Positions 1-9,070 of a DNA stretch of 64,000 bases are shown one piece after another; positions within the stretch are counted from its first letter, which is position 1, and each line of letters starts with the position of its first letter. Both the position numbers and the translations under genes were made by a program. Source of the stretch: Eubacteriales bacterium (GTDB taxonomy: Bacteria > Bacillota > Clostridia > Oscillospirales > CAG-382); assembly GCA_045600125.1 (NCBI GenBank), contig JAZRXH010000109.1, positions 3,703 through 67,702 of the forward strand. The letters run 5' to 3'. The notes under the pieces were generated by a model. It was given only the letters and a program-made list of their open reading frames with translations. It did no database searches and was not told where the DNA came from.

Positions 1-1263
1 TGGAGCGACGTGCTCGTCGGCAGCTTTTACGGCTATTATATCCTCATGGCGTCGGAACGGACGCCGCTCAACGGTCATCTGGAATTTGCACGTCTCGCCG
101 GGAGCGGCTGCATTGACTTTCTGTGCGGTCCCTTCCCCTACGGCAAAAACAGAGAGACGGGCGGCGTCCCGCTGATGCGGGGACTTCTCGAAAGCTGCCG
201 GTTGAACGGTATTCTGTGGCTCACCGAAATGGACGACCGTCCCGACGGGCTGGAGGATTTCCCGAGAGGCGGCGACCCGGCTCTTCTCGGCTCGACGCTG
301 GCAAGGCTTCGCCGCTATGTATATCAGAACGCCCTTGCCGGTATGGGGATGTGGTACTACGATCACCGGGTCGTGCCGAGCCTTGTGAAGAAGGGAAAAG
401 AGACCTCCAAGGCGGCGACCATCTACTTTAAGGAGGGCTGGTGGGACACCGAAAAGCTCATGGGGGAGATTGCAGGGCTTGCAGCGGACTGTTCGGAGAT
501 CTACGAAAAGCCCTACCGCCCTGTCTCCGACGTTCTCGTCGTTCTCGGCACCGAGCAGTTCTGCCGGATGACCCGTCCCGCCTTCGATGAATACCCGATT
601 TTTGAGGCGATTGCAAGGAGCGGTGCGGCGTACGACTGCATCTATTTCTCCGACCTTGAAAAAGCGGAGATGTCCCGCTATAAGCTGGTGATATTCTTCA
701 ATACCTACTTCATGTCAAGAGGGGACAGAGAGAAAGTGCTGTCTCTTACCGAAAAGTGCGCCCGTCTGTGGCTGTATGCGCCGGGCTACGTCGATGCAGA
801 AGGACTGTCAACGGAAGGTATCTCCGGACTCTCGGGCATGAAGATCGGCAAATGCCGGCATGAGGACTGTCACAACGTTTTCCTCTCCGGAGCGACAAAG
901 CATTTTTCCGGCGCTTTGGCGAAGGAAGCCCCCTCCTTCTTCATCGGGGAAGAGGACGCTTCCCTCGAGGTGCTTGCAAGATACGGTGACGGCAAGGTCT
1001 CTGCGGCGATAAAAGGAAAGGAACTGTTCTTCGCCTATCCCGCCTTTGACTGCGGCATATTCCGCACCCTTGCCCGCCGCTTCGGCGTACATATCTACAC
1101 CGAGGACGACGGATGCGTCTTTGCCGAGGGCGGCTTTGCGGCGGTGAATTTCCTTTCCCCCGGGAAGAAGACGGTCACGCTGCCGGGCGGCAAGGTCTTC
1201 CGTTTCCGTGAGGAAGACTGCGCCACAGAGCTTATCCGGGACGGACGGATACAGGAAAGATAA
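1..1263 (+). CDS. Hypothetical protein, 5'-truncated at window edge (frame open from base 1; the listed 'M' at 10 is a GTG). Weak resemblance to GH42-type trimerisation/GATase1-like domain
   Basis: Long ORF in frame 1 with no upstream stop. High-GC codon usage consistent with neighbours. Convergent with the downstream gene and ends at a bidirectional terminator. Confidence 0.5.
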   Translation, partial: WSDVLVGSFYGYYILMASERTPLNGHLEFARLAGSGCIDFLCGPFPYGKNRETGGVPLMRGLLESCRLNGILWLTEMDDRPDGLEDFPRGGDPALLGSTLARLRRYVYQNALAGMGMWYYDHRVVPSLVKKGKETSKAATIYFKEGWWDTEKLMGEIAGLAADCSEIYEKPYRPVSDVLVVLGTEQFCRMTRPAFDEYPIFEAIARSGAAYDCIYFSDLEKAEMSRYKLVIFFNTYFMSRGDREKVLSLTEKCARLWLYAPGYVDAEGLSTEGISGLSGMKIGKCRHEDCHNVFLSGATKHFSGALAKEAPSFFIGEEDASLEVLARYGDGKVSAAIKGKELFFAYPAFDCGIFRTLARRFGVHIYTEDDGCVFAEGGFAAVNFLSPGKKTVTLPGGKVFRFREEDCATELIRDGRIQER

Positions 1264-1325
1264 AAAAAGATGAAAAAAAGAGGAGCTGTGCCCGGGAAAG
1301 GACACGGCTCCTTTGTGCTTTGCTT
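1262..1325. terminator. Bidirectional rho-independent terminator between convergent genes
   Basis: A-run, then hairpin GGAGCTGTG..CACGGCTCC (about 9 bp stem, one G-U), then T-rich TTTGTGCTTTGC. Reads as a terminator on both strands. Confidence 0.5.
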
Positions 1326-1332
1326 GAAAATA

Positions 1333-2658
1333 TCACGAAGCGAGCTTTGCACTGAGGTAATTCTGGAGGCTTCCGGCACCCTGCACGTTGTTGATGATGA
1401 GAGCGTCGGTGATGCCGTACTCCGCAATGATGCCTGCCACGGATTTTGTATCCTCCCGGATGTCGATGACGACGATCTCGTCGTAGTAGTCCACCATGAA
1501 GGGCACGAAGGCGTTGCCGTAGGACTCCTTGAACACGATGAGCTTTCTGCCGGTGGCGGCGGTGGTCACGATATCGGTGAAGGGCTGGTCGCCGTTTATG
1601 AAGGCGAAAGAATAGTTGCCGGTCTTCTTGTTGATGACAGTGCCGTCGTAGGTCACGCCGCCCCTCGTGTAGGTCATGGTGCAATCGTGCAGCGGCAGGT
1701 GGAGGACGGTGTAGTCGGGGTTCGTTTTCAGGTGAGCGTCGTGGTTTCCGTAGTTGTAAAGAGAGCCGGTGTAGCCTACGTTTGTCACGGTGCGGTACTC
1801 GGAGAGCTCATGGGGGGTGATGCCGTTTGCAAGGCAGTAGGCACGGGAGGCGTAGTAGGCGCCCAGCTGTGTCCAGTGGTGGTCGGTACGGTAATAAGTA
1901 TATTCGCCCTTATGCTCGGAAAGGATGCTCATGGCGTCGGCTTTCTTCACGCTGTCGTTCATCATGGCGTAGGTGGAAGCGATGTACTGCCGCTGATTCT
2001 CCTCACAGTCGCCGTAGCCCTCGGGGGAATAGAAGGCGCACGCCTTGGGAATGAGCAGGCTCGTCACGTTGAGGCTTGGATACTTCTCGGCGAAGCGGTT
2101 GACGATCCCCGCATAGGATTCACTGCCCGCGGTGTTCAGCTTGAAATACTCGATGCCGTAGTCGCCGCAGATAAGGACGTTGGAGGCGTAGTAGGCTTTT
2201 ATGCTGTTGGTGTAATGCCCGGAGGAAGCGGTCTCGGAAAGGGGCAGATAGCTTGCGTTCACGGTGTCGCCGCAGACCGGGCAGATCATCCTCGTGCCGT
2301 CCTCGGAAAGAGCGAAGCTGTGCTCGTAGTTCTCGGCAAGGACGATCCCGCACTCGGTACACCTCTGGGGGGCAAGACAGCTTGCCGCCTCGCCGGGGGT
2401 ATGGCCGTGCGCCTCTTCCAGAACGGTGCCGCAGACCGAGCAGACGGAGGGCTCGGTGCAGGTGGCGTCTGATGCCTTCACGTGGTCCTTCGCTTCTTCG
2501 ATCACCTTGCGGCAGATCTCGCAGACCTTATCCTCGGTGCAGACCGTCGTATCCGAATAGCACTCGTGCTCCGGCTCCTTTTCGCAGGAAAAGAGAAGGA
2601 GCGAGGAAAGAAAAAGAGAAACGGCAAGGAGAAACGTTTGCATTCTTATGTTTTTCAT
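1333..2658 (-). CDS. DHHW-family lipoprotein (AlgX/AlgJ-like SGNH fold) with a Cys-rich N-terminal repeat region
   Basis: DHHW motif (RTDHHWTQLGAYYAS). Start moved to the internal ATG at 2658 (MKNIRM...) because it is followed by a lipobox signal LLLFSC and preceded by GAAAGGA. Four to five C-x2-CG repeats lie before the catalytic domain. Confidence 0.8.
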   Translation of the reverse strand: MKNIRMQTFLLAVSLFLSSLLLFSCEKEPEHECYSDTTVCTEDKVCEICRKVIEEAKDHVKASDATCTEPSVCSVCGTVLEEAHGHTPGEAASCLAPQRCTECGIVLAENYEHSFALSEDGTRMICPVCGDTVNASYLPLSETASSGHYTNSIKAYYASNVLICGDYGIEYFKLNTAGSESYAGIVNRFAEKYPSLNVTSLLIPKACAFYSPEGYGDCEENQRQYIASTYAMMNDSVKKADAMSILSEHKGEYTYYRTDHHWTQLGAYYASRAYCLANGITPHELSEYRTVTNVGYTGSLYNYGNHDAHLKTNPDYTVLHLPLHDCTMTYTRGGVTYDGTVINKKTGNYSFAFINGDQPFTDIVTTAATGRKLIVFKESYGNAFVPFMVDYYDEIVVIDIREDTKSVAGIIAEYGITDALIINNVQGAGSLQNYLSAKLAS

Positions 2659-2729
2659 TCGGGGGATCCTTTCTGTTGTTTGTCGGTGTGCGCAGGGTGA
2701 AAAGGGCGCACGGAGTTTTCCCGAAGGGC

Positions 2730-3755
2730 TCAGTCCTTCAGAATATCGTTCAGCTCGATGGCGGTATCCACGATCAGTTTTTCCGCTTCGGCGTTCGAGA
2801 AATCCCGAATAAGGCACCCCGCCGCCTTCACGTGTCCGCCGCCGCCGAATTTCTCGCAGATCTCGGCGACGTTGATGTCGTTATTCGAGCGAAGGGACAT
2901 CTTGACCCGGTTGCCGCCGGTCACACTGTCGAAATACTGACGGCCGAAGATGCTCATTTCCACGCCCTCGACCTCCCGGAAGATCTGGGTGATGCCGTCC
3001 ACGTCCTCCTTGAGAGCGCCGACCTCCTCCAGCTCCTCTTCGGTGAGGATGCAGTAGGCGAGCTTCCCGCCGCAGTAGAACACCGTCTTCGGGATGGCAA
3101 GCCCGACGAGACGGAACTGGGCAAGGCTCCGGGTGTCGAACAGATACTTTGAAATTTTCTCGCTGTCGGCTCCGAGGGATTTCAGCCTCGAGGCGTAGAG
3201 AAGGGTTTTAGCGGTGGTGTTTCCGTACTTGAAGCTGCCGCTGTCCGAAGCGATGGCGGCATAAAGCCGGTCGGCGCAGGACTTCGACAAAACGGAAAGC
3301 CCCGCTTCCTCCTTGAGAGCGTCGGCGACGTCAAGAACGATCTCTCCTGCCGCCGAGGCGTCGGTCAGACGGAGGATATAGTCCGCCTTCACCGTGTTGA
3401 TCGCATGGTGGTCGATGCAGAGGTTTATCCTGTCGGCGTATTCGGCGTTTGCTCTTCCGAGAAGCTCGGGAGACGCCACGTCCACCGAAACGATGAAATC
3501 GGGGATAAAGTGTCCGTCCGGCTCTTTTCCAAAGCAGAGCACCTCCTCCGGAAGCCCCTCGCAGATAAAGGCGAGCCGCTTCGGAAGCACATGGACGCAG
3601 GAAAGACGCACGTTCTTCCCCGCCGACAGAAGCATTTCTGCGAGCGCCGCACCCGAGCCGATGCAGTCGCCGTCGGGATTGGAGTGGATGAGTATCAGTA
3701 TATTGCGGTGGGAAAGGAGCAGCTTTGCGCATTCCCTCGGAGTTGCGATTTCCAT
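2730..3755 (-). CDS. nrnA: DHH/DHHA1 phosphoesterase: bifunctional oligoribonuclease / pAp phosphatase NrnA
   Basis: DHH motifs (NPDGDCIGS, IDHHAIN) and the C-terminal GGGH motif of DHHA1. Co-directional with the DHHW gene. Confidence 0.85.
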   Translation of the reverse strand: MEIATPRECAKLLLSHRNILILIHSNPDGDCIGSGAALAEMLLSAGKNVRLSCVHVLPKRLAFICEGLPEEVLCFGKEPDGHFIPDFIVSVDVASPELLGRANAEYADRINLCIDHHAINTVKADYILRLTDASAAGEIVLDVADALKEEAGLSVLSKSCADRLYAAIASDSGSFKYGNTTAKTLLYASRLKSLGADSEKISKYLFDTRSLAQFRLVGLAIPKTVFYCGGKLAYCILTEEELEEVGALKEDVDGITQIFREVEGVEMSIFGRQYFDSVTGGNRVKMSLRSNNDINVAEICEKFGGGGHVKAAGCLIRDFSNAEAEKLIVDTAIELNDILKD

Positions 3756-4001
3756 AAAGCGGTACCGCCTTTCATGAAGATCTATGGTGTATATCGGGAT
3801 TTATCGGCAGAATTTCGCAGAGGAGCAGCCGGACCGGCACGGAGTCGTTCCGACACGCCCGAGACGTTATTTTATCACAAGAAGGCCTCTTCCTTATACA
3901 GAAAAAACACGTCAATTTGTAAAATTTCGGTGTATTTCCGGCATGGCGGAGCTTTTACCGAAAAAAGCGGGATTTTTCCGGCAAAAAAAGAAAAATCCGG
4001 C

Positions 4002-4030
4002 TTGAAAATGTCACGGCGGTGTGGTACAAT
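4002..4030 (+). promoter_or_regulatory. Sigma-A type promoter (TTGAAA-17-TACAAT with TG at -15)
   Basis: TTGAAA at 4002-4007, 17-nt spacer, TACAAT at 4025-4030 preceded by TGg. About 100 nt upstream of the sugar isomerase CDS. Confidence 0.55.
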
Positions 4031-4137
4031 GGTCAAGGATAGGAAGCGGGGAAGGAATGCCGCTTCGTTCTGCCCTTCCCGGAAAGGGGGAGCAAAAACT
4101 CCGTGAAAATGCTATCAACACCAATATGTGAAAGTAT

Positions 4138-4992
4138 ATGAAAGGAAACGTGAAAAAGATGACAGACAGACACACATGGGAGGTCGGCTCCTCCTCCAGC
4201 ACCATCGGCGCCGAGAATCACAACGGCGAAGGCTTTGAGCTTTACCGCAGGGCGGGCATAAAATACGCCGAATTTTCGGTAAACGACGAGAATTGCCGGA
4301 AGCTGGGCTTCTTCGAGGATCCCTGCCGCCTTGTAAAGATCGCAAAGGAGCACGGCGTGGAGTTCTGGTCCTTCCACATTCCCTTCAGCGGCCTTCTCAA
4401 TCCCGCAAACCTCGACCCCGAAAGAAACAAGCTCTCCATGGAGATCCTTGAAAGCTATACCCGTGCCGCTCTGAAGGCGGGCTTCAGGACCCTCGTGCTC
4501 CATCCCTCCAGCGAACCGAACAAGGAAGAGGAGCGGCAGGCGCAGATCGAGCGCAGTACCGAGAACATGGCGTATCTTGCGAAGATTTGTGCAGAAGACG
4601 GCGCCATGCTTGCCATCGAGGATCTGCCGAGAACGTGTCTCGGCAACTGCTCCTTCGATATCCTCACCTTCCTCAACTCCATCCCCGAGGCGGGACTCTG
4701 CTTTGACACGAACCACCTGACCATGCAGCCCAATCTCGACTTCCTCGACGATCTTATCGACAACGGCATGGCAGGCCGCATCCGCACCCTCCACGTCTCG
4801 GACTACGACTTCATCGACGAGCGCCACCGTCTCCCCGGCGACGGCATCAACGACTGGAACGGCATCTTCGACCGGCTCGAAAAGCTGGACTATAACGGTG
4901 TCTTCATGTACGAGGTATCGAGAATGCCCAAAGAGCGGGACGAGGTCTCCCTCTTCGATATCAAAAAGAACTTCGATTCTCTCATAAAGTAA
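4138..4992 (+). CDS. Sugar phosphate isomerase/epimerase (xylose-isomerase-like TIM barrel)
   Basis: AP-endonuclease-2/xylose-isomerase-like TIM-barrel signature (WSFHIPF, LVLHPSSEP, the HLTM and HVSDYD regions). An alternative start is at 4159 (MTDRH). Confidence 0.75.
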   Translation: MKGNVKKMTDRHTWEVGSSSSTIGAENHNGEGFELYRRAGIKYAEFSVNDENCRKLGFFEDPCRLVKIAKEHGVEFWSFHIPFSGLLNPANLDPERNKLSMEILESYTRAALKAGFRTLVLHPSSEPNKEEERQAQIERSTENMAYLAKICAEDGAMLAIEDLPRTCLGNCSFDILTFLNSIPEAGLCFDTNHLTMQPNLDFLDDLIDNGMAGRIRTLHVSDYDFIDERHRLPGDGINDWNGIFDRLEKLDYNGVFMYEVSRMPKERDEVSLFDIKKNFDSLIK

Positions 4993-5114
4993 ATCCATAA
5001 TCACAAAAGGGGGAAACAAAGCGCCTCACTCTTTGCGTTTGGCAAAAGAGTGAGGTTTCTTTGTTATCAAATGTTATCAAAATCAGTTATCCAAAAGAAA
5101 AGCACAGCCGTCCT

Positions 5115-6110
5115 TTATCGGTCTTTTGCTCTTTCTTTTTCCGTTATGCAGAGAGTGACCGTCGACGTGCCGTCTTTTTCCGTGATGCTCTCCGAAACGG
5201 CGTAGCCGGACGCCTCGAGGAGCTTTTCAAGCCTTGTGAGCGAATTGTAAAAAGGTGCCAGTCCCGGGAGGACGCCTCTCAAAAACGGCGTCTGCGAAGA
5301 GCGCTTTTCCCCGGCGCTTTCCGGGGGCTCTGTTTTTTCTGCTTTTTCACACGGCGTATTCTGTGCCGTGCAGGAGGTCCTTTCCGTTCGCAAAAGGCGC
5401 ACGCACGCCTCTGCGTCTTCTTCCGTGGGGAAGTGGATCCCGGACAGCATCCGACAAAGATCGGTGATTTCTTTTTCCGAAAGGCTTTCCCTTACCGCCG
5501 CATCGGCGGCAAGACGGCGGGCAGGCTCCGAAAGCGAAGCCACGGCAAGAAGCCCCTCGCCCCGGATGCCCGCCTCGTACAGCCTTTCGTTTTCGGCTCT
5601 TGAAAGGCGGCAGGGGAGAAGCAGCCTTTCGACCCGTTCTTCTCCCAGTGAAAGATACGCCGCCACGTCGGCGGTGTCCACTCCCTTTTCCGATGAAAGA
5701 TGCCCCATGGCGAAAGCGACGTCGCAAAGCGGCAGCGGCTCCCGCACAAGATTTTCCGCAAGAGCGATGCACGCCGCCCGGTTGTCTCCGACCCGATAGC
5801 AAAGGCAGGGCACAGTGGGCATTCCGACAAGCAGCGCCGCTCGGAGTCTCCGCTCGCCCGCCATCAGCTCGTACCTTCCCTCCCCGGTGATGCGCACGAG
5901 GAGCGGTTCGAGGATGCCGTATTTCCGGATGCTGTCGCCAAGGCGAATCAGCGAGACGTCCTCAAAATGCGTTCTCGGCGTACCTTTTCCCGCCCGGATA
6001 AGATATGGCGGCAAAAGGACAAGAGCGCCCTCCGGTTTTGCTTCTTCCGCCTGCCTTGATGATTTTTCTCTTTCCCGTTCCCGATACCGGTTTGTGTATG
6101 CTTCCCGCAT
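5115..6110 (-). CDS. ParB/Srx N-terminal domain protein (ParB-like CTPase-fold protein, orphan)
   Basis: ParB box motifs (IRLGDSIRKYGILEPLLV; ELMAGERRLRAAL, i.e. GERRxRA). Start set at the internal ATG 6110 (MREAYTNRY) with GGAGG upstream; the longer ORF start lacks an RBS. Confidence 0.7.
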   Translation of the reverse strand: MREAYTNRYREREREKSSRQAEEAKPEGALVLLPPYLIRAGKGTPRTHFEDVSLIRLGDSIRKYGILEPLLVRITGEGRYELMAGERRLRAALLVGMPTVPCLCYRVGDNRAACIALAENLVREPLPLCDVAFAMGHLSSEKGVDTADVAAYLSLGEERVERLLLPCRLSRAENERLYEAGIRGEGLLAVASLSEPARRLAADAAVRESLSEKEITDLCRMLSGIHFPTEEDAEACVRLLRTERTSCTAQNTPCEKAEKTEPPESAGEKRSSQTPFLRGVLPGLAPFYNSLTRLEKLLEASGYAVSESITEKDGTSTVTLCITEKERAKDR

Positions 6111-6227
6111 TTTCCCGCCTCCGTCTTTTTGTATCTTTTCGGATGTTTTGCAAGGTCCGTGCGCAGTGTAACACAAAGCAGTGCGTGAAAACACTCGAAG
6201 TGTGACGCACCGCCCGGAAAAATTCAA

Positions 6228-7076
6228 TTATTTACTTATGGCACGAAGGTTCCGGAGGATCGTTTCTCTCCCTCTCCAGGAATAGGCACGGGAGCGGAAT
6301 TCCTCCTCGCTCATTTTTGAAAGGGCGCTTTCGGTAAGATACGGCAGGCGATTTTCTTTGAAAAAAGCGATCGGCGTGTCGGTCACGTCCTTATTGCAGG
6401 GGCAGACGGTCTGGCAGATATCGCAGCCCCACACGGCGTGAAGATCGGCGATTTCGGCAAGCTCCGCATCGCTCACTTTTTTCTTCTGCGTGAGGGCGGA
6501 GAGGCATTCCGAGCAAAGTCCGGCGTTTTTCGGGCAGGCAGAGGAACAGTTTTCACAATTTTCACACGGAAGATGCTTGAAATTCTCCCCCGGATGTGAT
6601 ATGCTGATAAAAGTATCGGTGACGACGCATCCGATAAAGACGTAGCTTCCGTATTCCGGACTCAGGAGCAGACGGTTTTTACCGACGACGCCGAGTTGTG
6701 CCTTTTCGGCGCATTTTCTCTCATCAAAGGGGGAATTGTCCGCAAAGAAGGCAAAGCGAAGCCCTTCGATGCCGCTGTTTTCGAGCGCTTTTCCGAAGCG
6801 TCCGGAAAGCTCTCTTATGTATCCGTGATAATCCCTCGGAACAGCGTAGAGAGAAACGTTCCGTTTCCCGCCTTCGCCTTTGCAATAGTAGGGAATAAGG
6901 AAAAAGCAGGCGCAGGCGGCATAGTCCGGCATTTTTCGCTCACACGATACCGTACACTCGCCGATGGGAAGGCTTGCATACACGTCGATGTTCTCCGAGA
7001 GGAAAAAGTCCCCGAGAGCCTTTTCGAGAAGTTTTCCCGCTTCCGTTTTTGTTTCCTCTTGTATGCGCTTTTCCAC
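6228..7076 (-). CDS. queG: Epoxyqueuosine reductase QueG (4Fe-4S, cobalamin-dependent)
   Basis: Two CxxCxxCxxxCP ferredoxin motifs (CENCENCSSACP, CDICQTVCPCN) and the QueG N-terminal fold. Start is uncertain: GTG at 7076 with AGGGGG 8 nt upstream is proposed; the ORF is open to 7340. Confidence 0.7.
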   Translation of the reverse strand: MEKRIQEETKTEAGKLLEKALGDFFLSENIDVYASLPIGECTVSCERKMPDYAACACFFLIPYYCKGEGGKRNVSLYAVPRDYHGYIRELSGRFGKALENSGIEGLRFAFFADNSPFDERKCAEKAQLGVVGKNRLLLSPEYGSYVFIGCVVTDTFISISHPGENFKHLPCENCENCSSACPKNAGLCSECLSALTQKKKVSDAELAEIADLHAVWGCDICQTVCPCNKDVTDTPIAFFKENRLPYLTESALSKMSEEEFRSRAYSWRGRETILRNLRAISK

Positions 7077-7228
7077 GCCCGTCACCCCCTGATTTGATTT
7101 TGATTTGATTTTGAAAAGTTGATTTTTTCTATATTCGATTCGCTTTTTTGACGACCTTGAATATGCCCTGCCGTTCCGCCCCCTGCATTTTGAACGGAAC
7201 AGAGGCAAAAAGCAGAAAGGACAAAGCC

Positions 7229-7972
7229 ATGCCGAAATCAGTGACCGAAATTCTTTGCGCCTTCGGAGAGAAAAACGCTCTGGGGCTTTCCGAAAAGGAT
7301 CTTTCGGATTTTGAAGTTCTCTGCGACGACCTTCTCGCATTCAACGCCCACACCAACCTCACCGCCATACGGGACAGAGAGGGCGTGGCGATCAAGCACT
7401 TTGCCGACTCGCTCTCGGCGCTTCTGCCGACCCTGCCGAAGGAGATTTTGCCGGACGGCGCAAGAGTCATCGACGTAGGCTGCGGAGCGGGCTTCCCGGG
7501 ACTTCCGCTGAAGCTCGTGCGGAAGGATCTGGACATCACCTTCCTTGACAGCACGGCAAAAAAACTGAAATTTACCGAGGAGGCGTGCCGGACGCTCGGC
7601 TTTTCTGCGGATATAAAGCCCGTCCGTGCCGAGGATCTGTGCGGCGACAAGGCATACCGGGAACGCTTTGACACGGCGGTATCGAGAGCGGTGGCGGCAT
7701 TGCCGGTGCTCTGCGAGATCAGCCTTCCTTTCGTGAAGACAGGCGGCTATTTTGCGGCGTACAAGGCGACGGGAAGCGAAGAGGAAACCGAAAGTGCGAA
7801 GAAGGCGATCCCGGCGCTCGGCGGAAAGCTCGTCGGCATTTTTGAGACCGAGCTTCCGGAAAACGCCGAGGGAGAGATCCTGCATCACTCCATCGTCCTC
7901 ATAAGGAAGGTAAAGCCTACCCCGCCGCAGCATCCGAGGCGCTATGCGCAGATCGTAAAGAAGCCGCTGTAA
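7229..7972 (+). CDS. rsmG: 16S rRNA (guanine527-N7)-methyltransferase RsmG (GidB)
   Basis: SAM-MTase motif VIDVGCGAGFPGLPL and overall GidB similarity. Start at MPKSV (7229) with GAAAGGA 7 nt upstream. Confidence 0.85.
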   Translation: MPKSVTEILCAFGEKNALGLSEKDLSDFEVLCDDLLAFNAHTNLTAIRDREGVAIKHFADSLSALLPTLPKEILPDGARVIDVGCGAGFPGLPLKLVRKDLDITFLDSTAKKLKFTEEACRTLGFSADIKPVRAEDLCGDKAYRERFDTAVSRAVAALPVLCEISLPFVKTGGYFAAYKATGSEEETESAKKAIPALGGKLVGIFETELPENAEGEILHHSIVLIRKVKPTPPQHPRRYAQIVKKPL

Positions 7973-7993
7973 AGCACCCGTGCTTTTTCGGCG

Positions 7994-8857
7994 TCAGGTC
8001 TTATCCGAAATCACGACGCCTCCGATGATCAGCACCGCACCGACCGCTCCCATGAGGGTAATCTTCGTTCCGGTGATGAAATAGGCGGAGATCATGGTGA
8101 TGAAGGGCTGGGTATAGATGTAGTTCGTCGTGACGACAACGCCCAGCTTCTTTATGGAATAGGTCCACCAGATATAGCAGAGACCGCCGCCGAGCACACC
8201 GAGAAGGGCAAGGGACAGCCACATTCTCGGAGAGGCAAGAGGAGCGAAGGCGGGCATACCGTCCTTCAGGAGCATGGCGGGGATCAGAACGACAAGAGCA
8301 TACAGGATCATGCGCCTTGTGACGATGATACTGTCGGTTTCCCGGAAATTGCGGTCCAGCATGATGGAATAGATTGCCCAGGAGAGGGCGGCGCCGATGG
8401 CGAAAAGATACCCGGTAAGGCGGAAGGAGAATACCACGGTGCCGTTGAAGACCACGAGGATAACGCCGACCATGGCGATGACGAAGCCGATGAAGGTGTA
8501 TTTCGTCAGCTTTTTACCGCCGAAGAGGCTGCTGCCCACCGACGTAAGGACCGGGGCGAAGCTGATGAGGATCGACACGTTGGTGCCGTCGGTATTGGCG
8601 ATGGCAAGGCTTTCGAGAAAATAATAGGAGATCATGCCGAAAAGGCTGAGGAGCATATATTTCGCTTCCCCGGCAAGGCTCTTCGGAAGGGAAAGCTTCG
8701 GTCTTGCCGCATACAGCGTCAGAAGCGCCAGCGTAAAGCGCAGTACCAGTACCTGCAGCTCGGTATAGACCCCGAGAAGCAGCTCGGTGGCGACGTAGGT
8801 CACGCCCCAGATGCAGATGACGACGATCGCCCAGATATGTCCCTTCAGCTTTTCCAT
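7994..8857 (-). CDS. EamA/DMT-superfamily transporter
   Basis: Ten predicted TM helices in a two-fold EamA repeat pattern. Start set at MEKLKGHIW (8857) with GAAAGGA upstream. Confidence 0.75.
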   Translation of the reverse strand: MEKLKGHIWAIVVICIWGVTYVATELLLGVYTELQVLVLRFTLALLTLYAARPKLSLPKSLAGEAKYMLLSLFGMISYYFLESLAIANTDGTNVSILISFAPVLTSVGSSLFGGKKLTKYTFIGFVIAMVGVILVVFNGTVVFSFRLTGYLFAIGAALSWAIYSIMLDRNFRETDSIIVTRRMILYALVVLIPAMLLKDGMPAFAPLASPRMWLSLALLGVLGGGLCYIWWTYSIKKLGVVVTTNYIYTQPFITMISAYFITGTKITLMGAVGAVLIIGGVVISDKT

Positions 8858-9070
8858 TTGCGTTGTCCTTTCAGAATGCAGTTCTTGTATCATTGTCCGG
8901 ATGCCCGGACGGAAAACAGATTCATTCTAAACGACAATTATGTAATAGCAACCACCGCACTGTTAACCTTTTGTGACAAGTCGGCAAAGGAAAGCGGCGC
9001 CATGCAAAGCCGGCAGAGAAAAAAGAAAGAATAAGAAACGAAGAGAGAAGAGAAAGGAAGAACGATAATC

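Noticed and set aside
1270-2472. 400-aa plus-strand ORF
   Set aside because: Antisense to the DHHW lipoprotein gene. No RBS and no recognisable domains. The translation is dominated by V, G, A and D.
4033-5019. 328-aa minus-strand ORF
   Set aside because: Antisense to the sugar phosphate isomerase gene. It would start inside that gene's promoter region.
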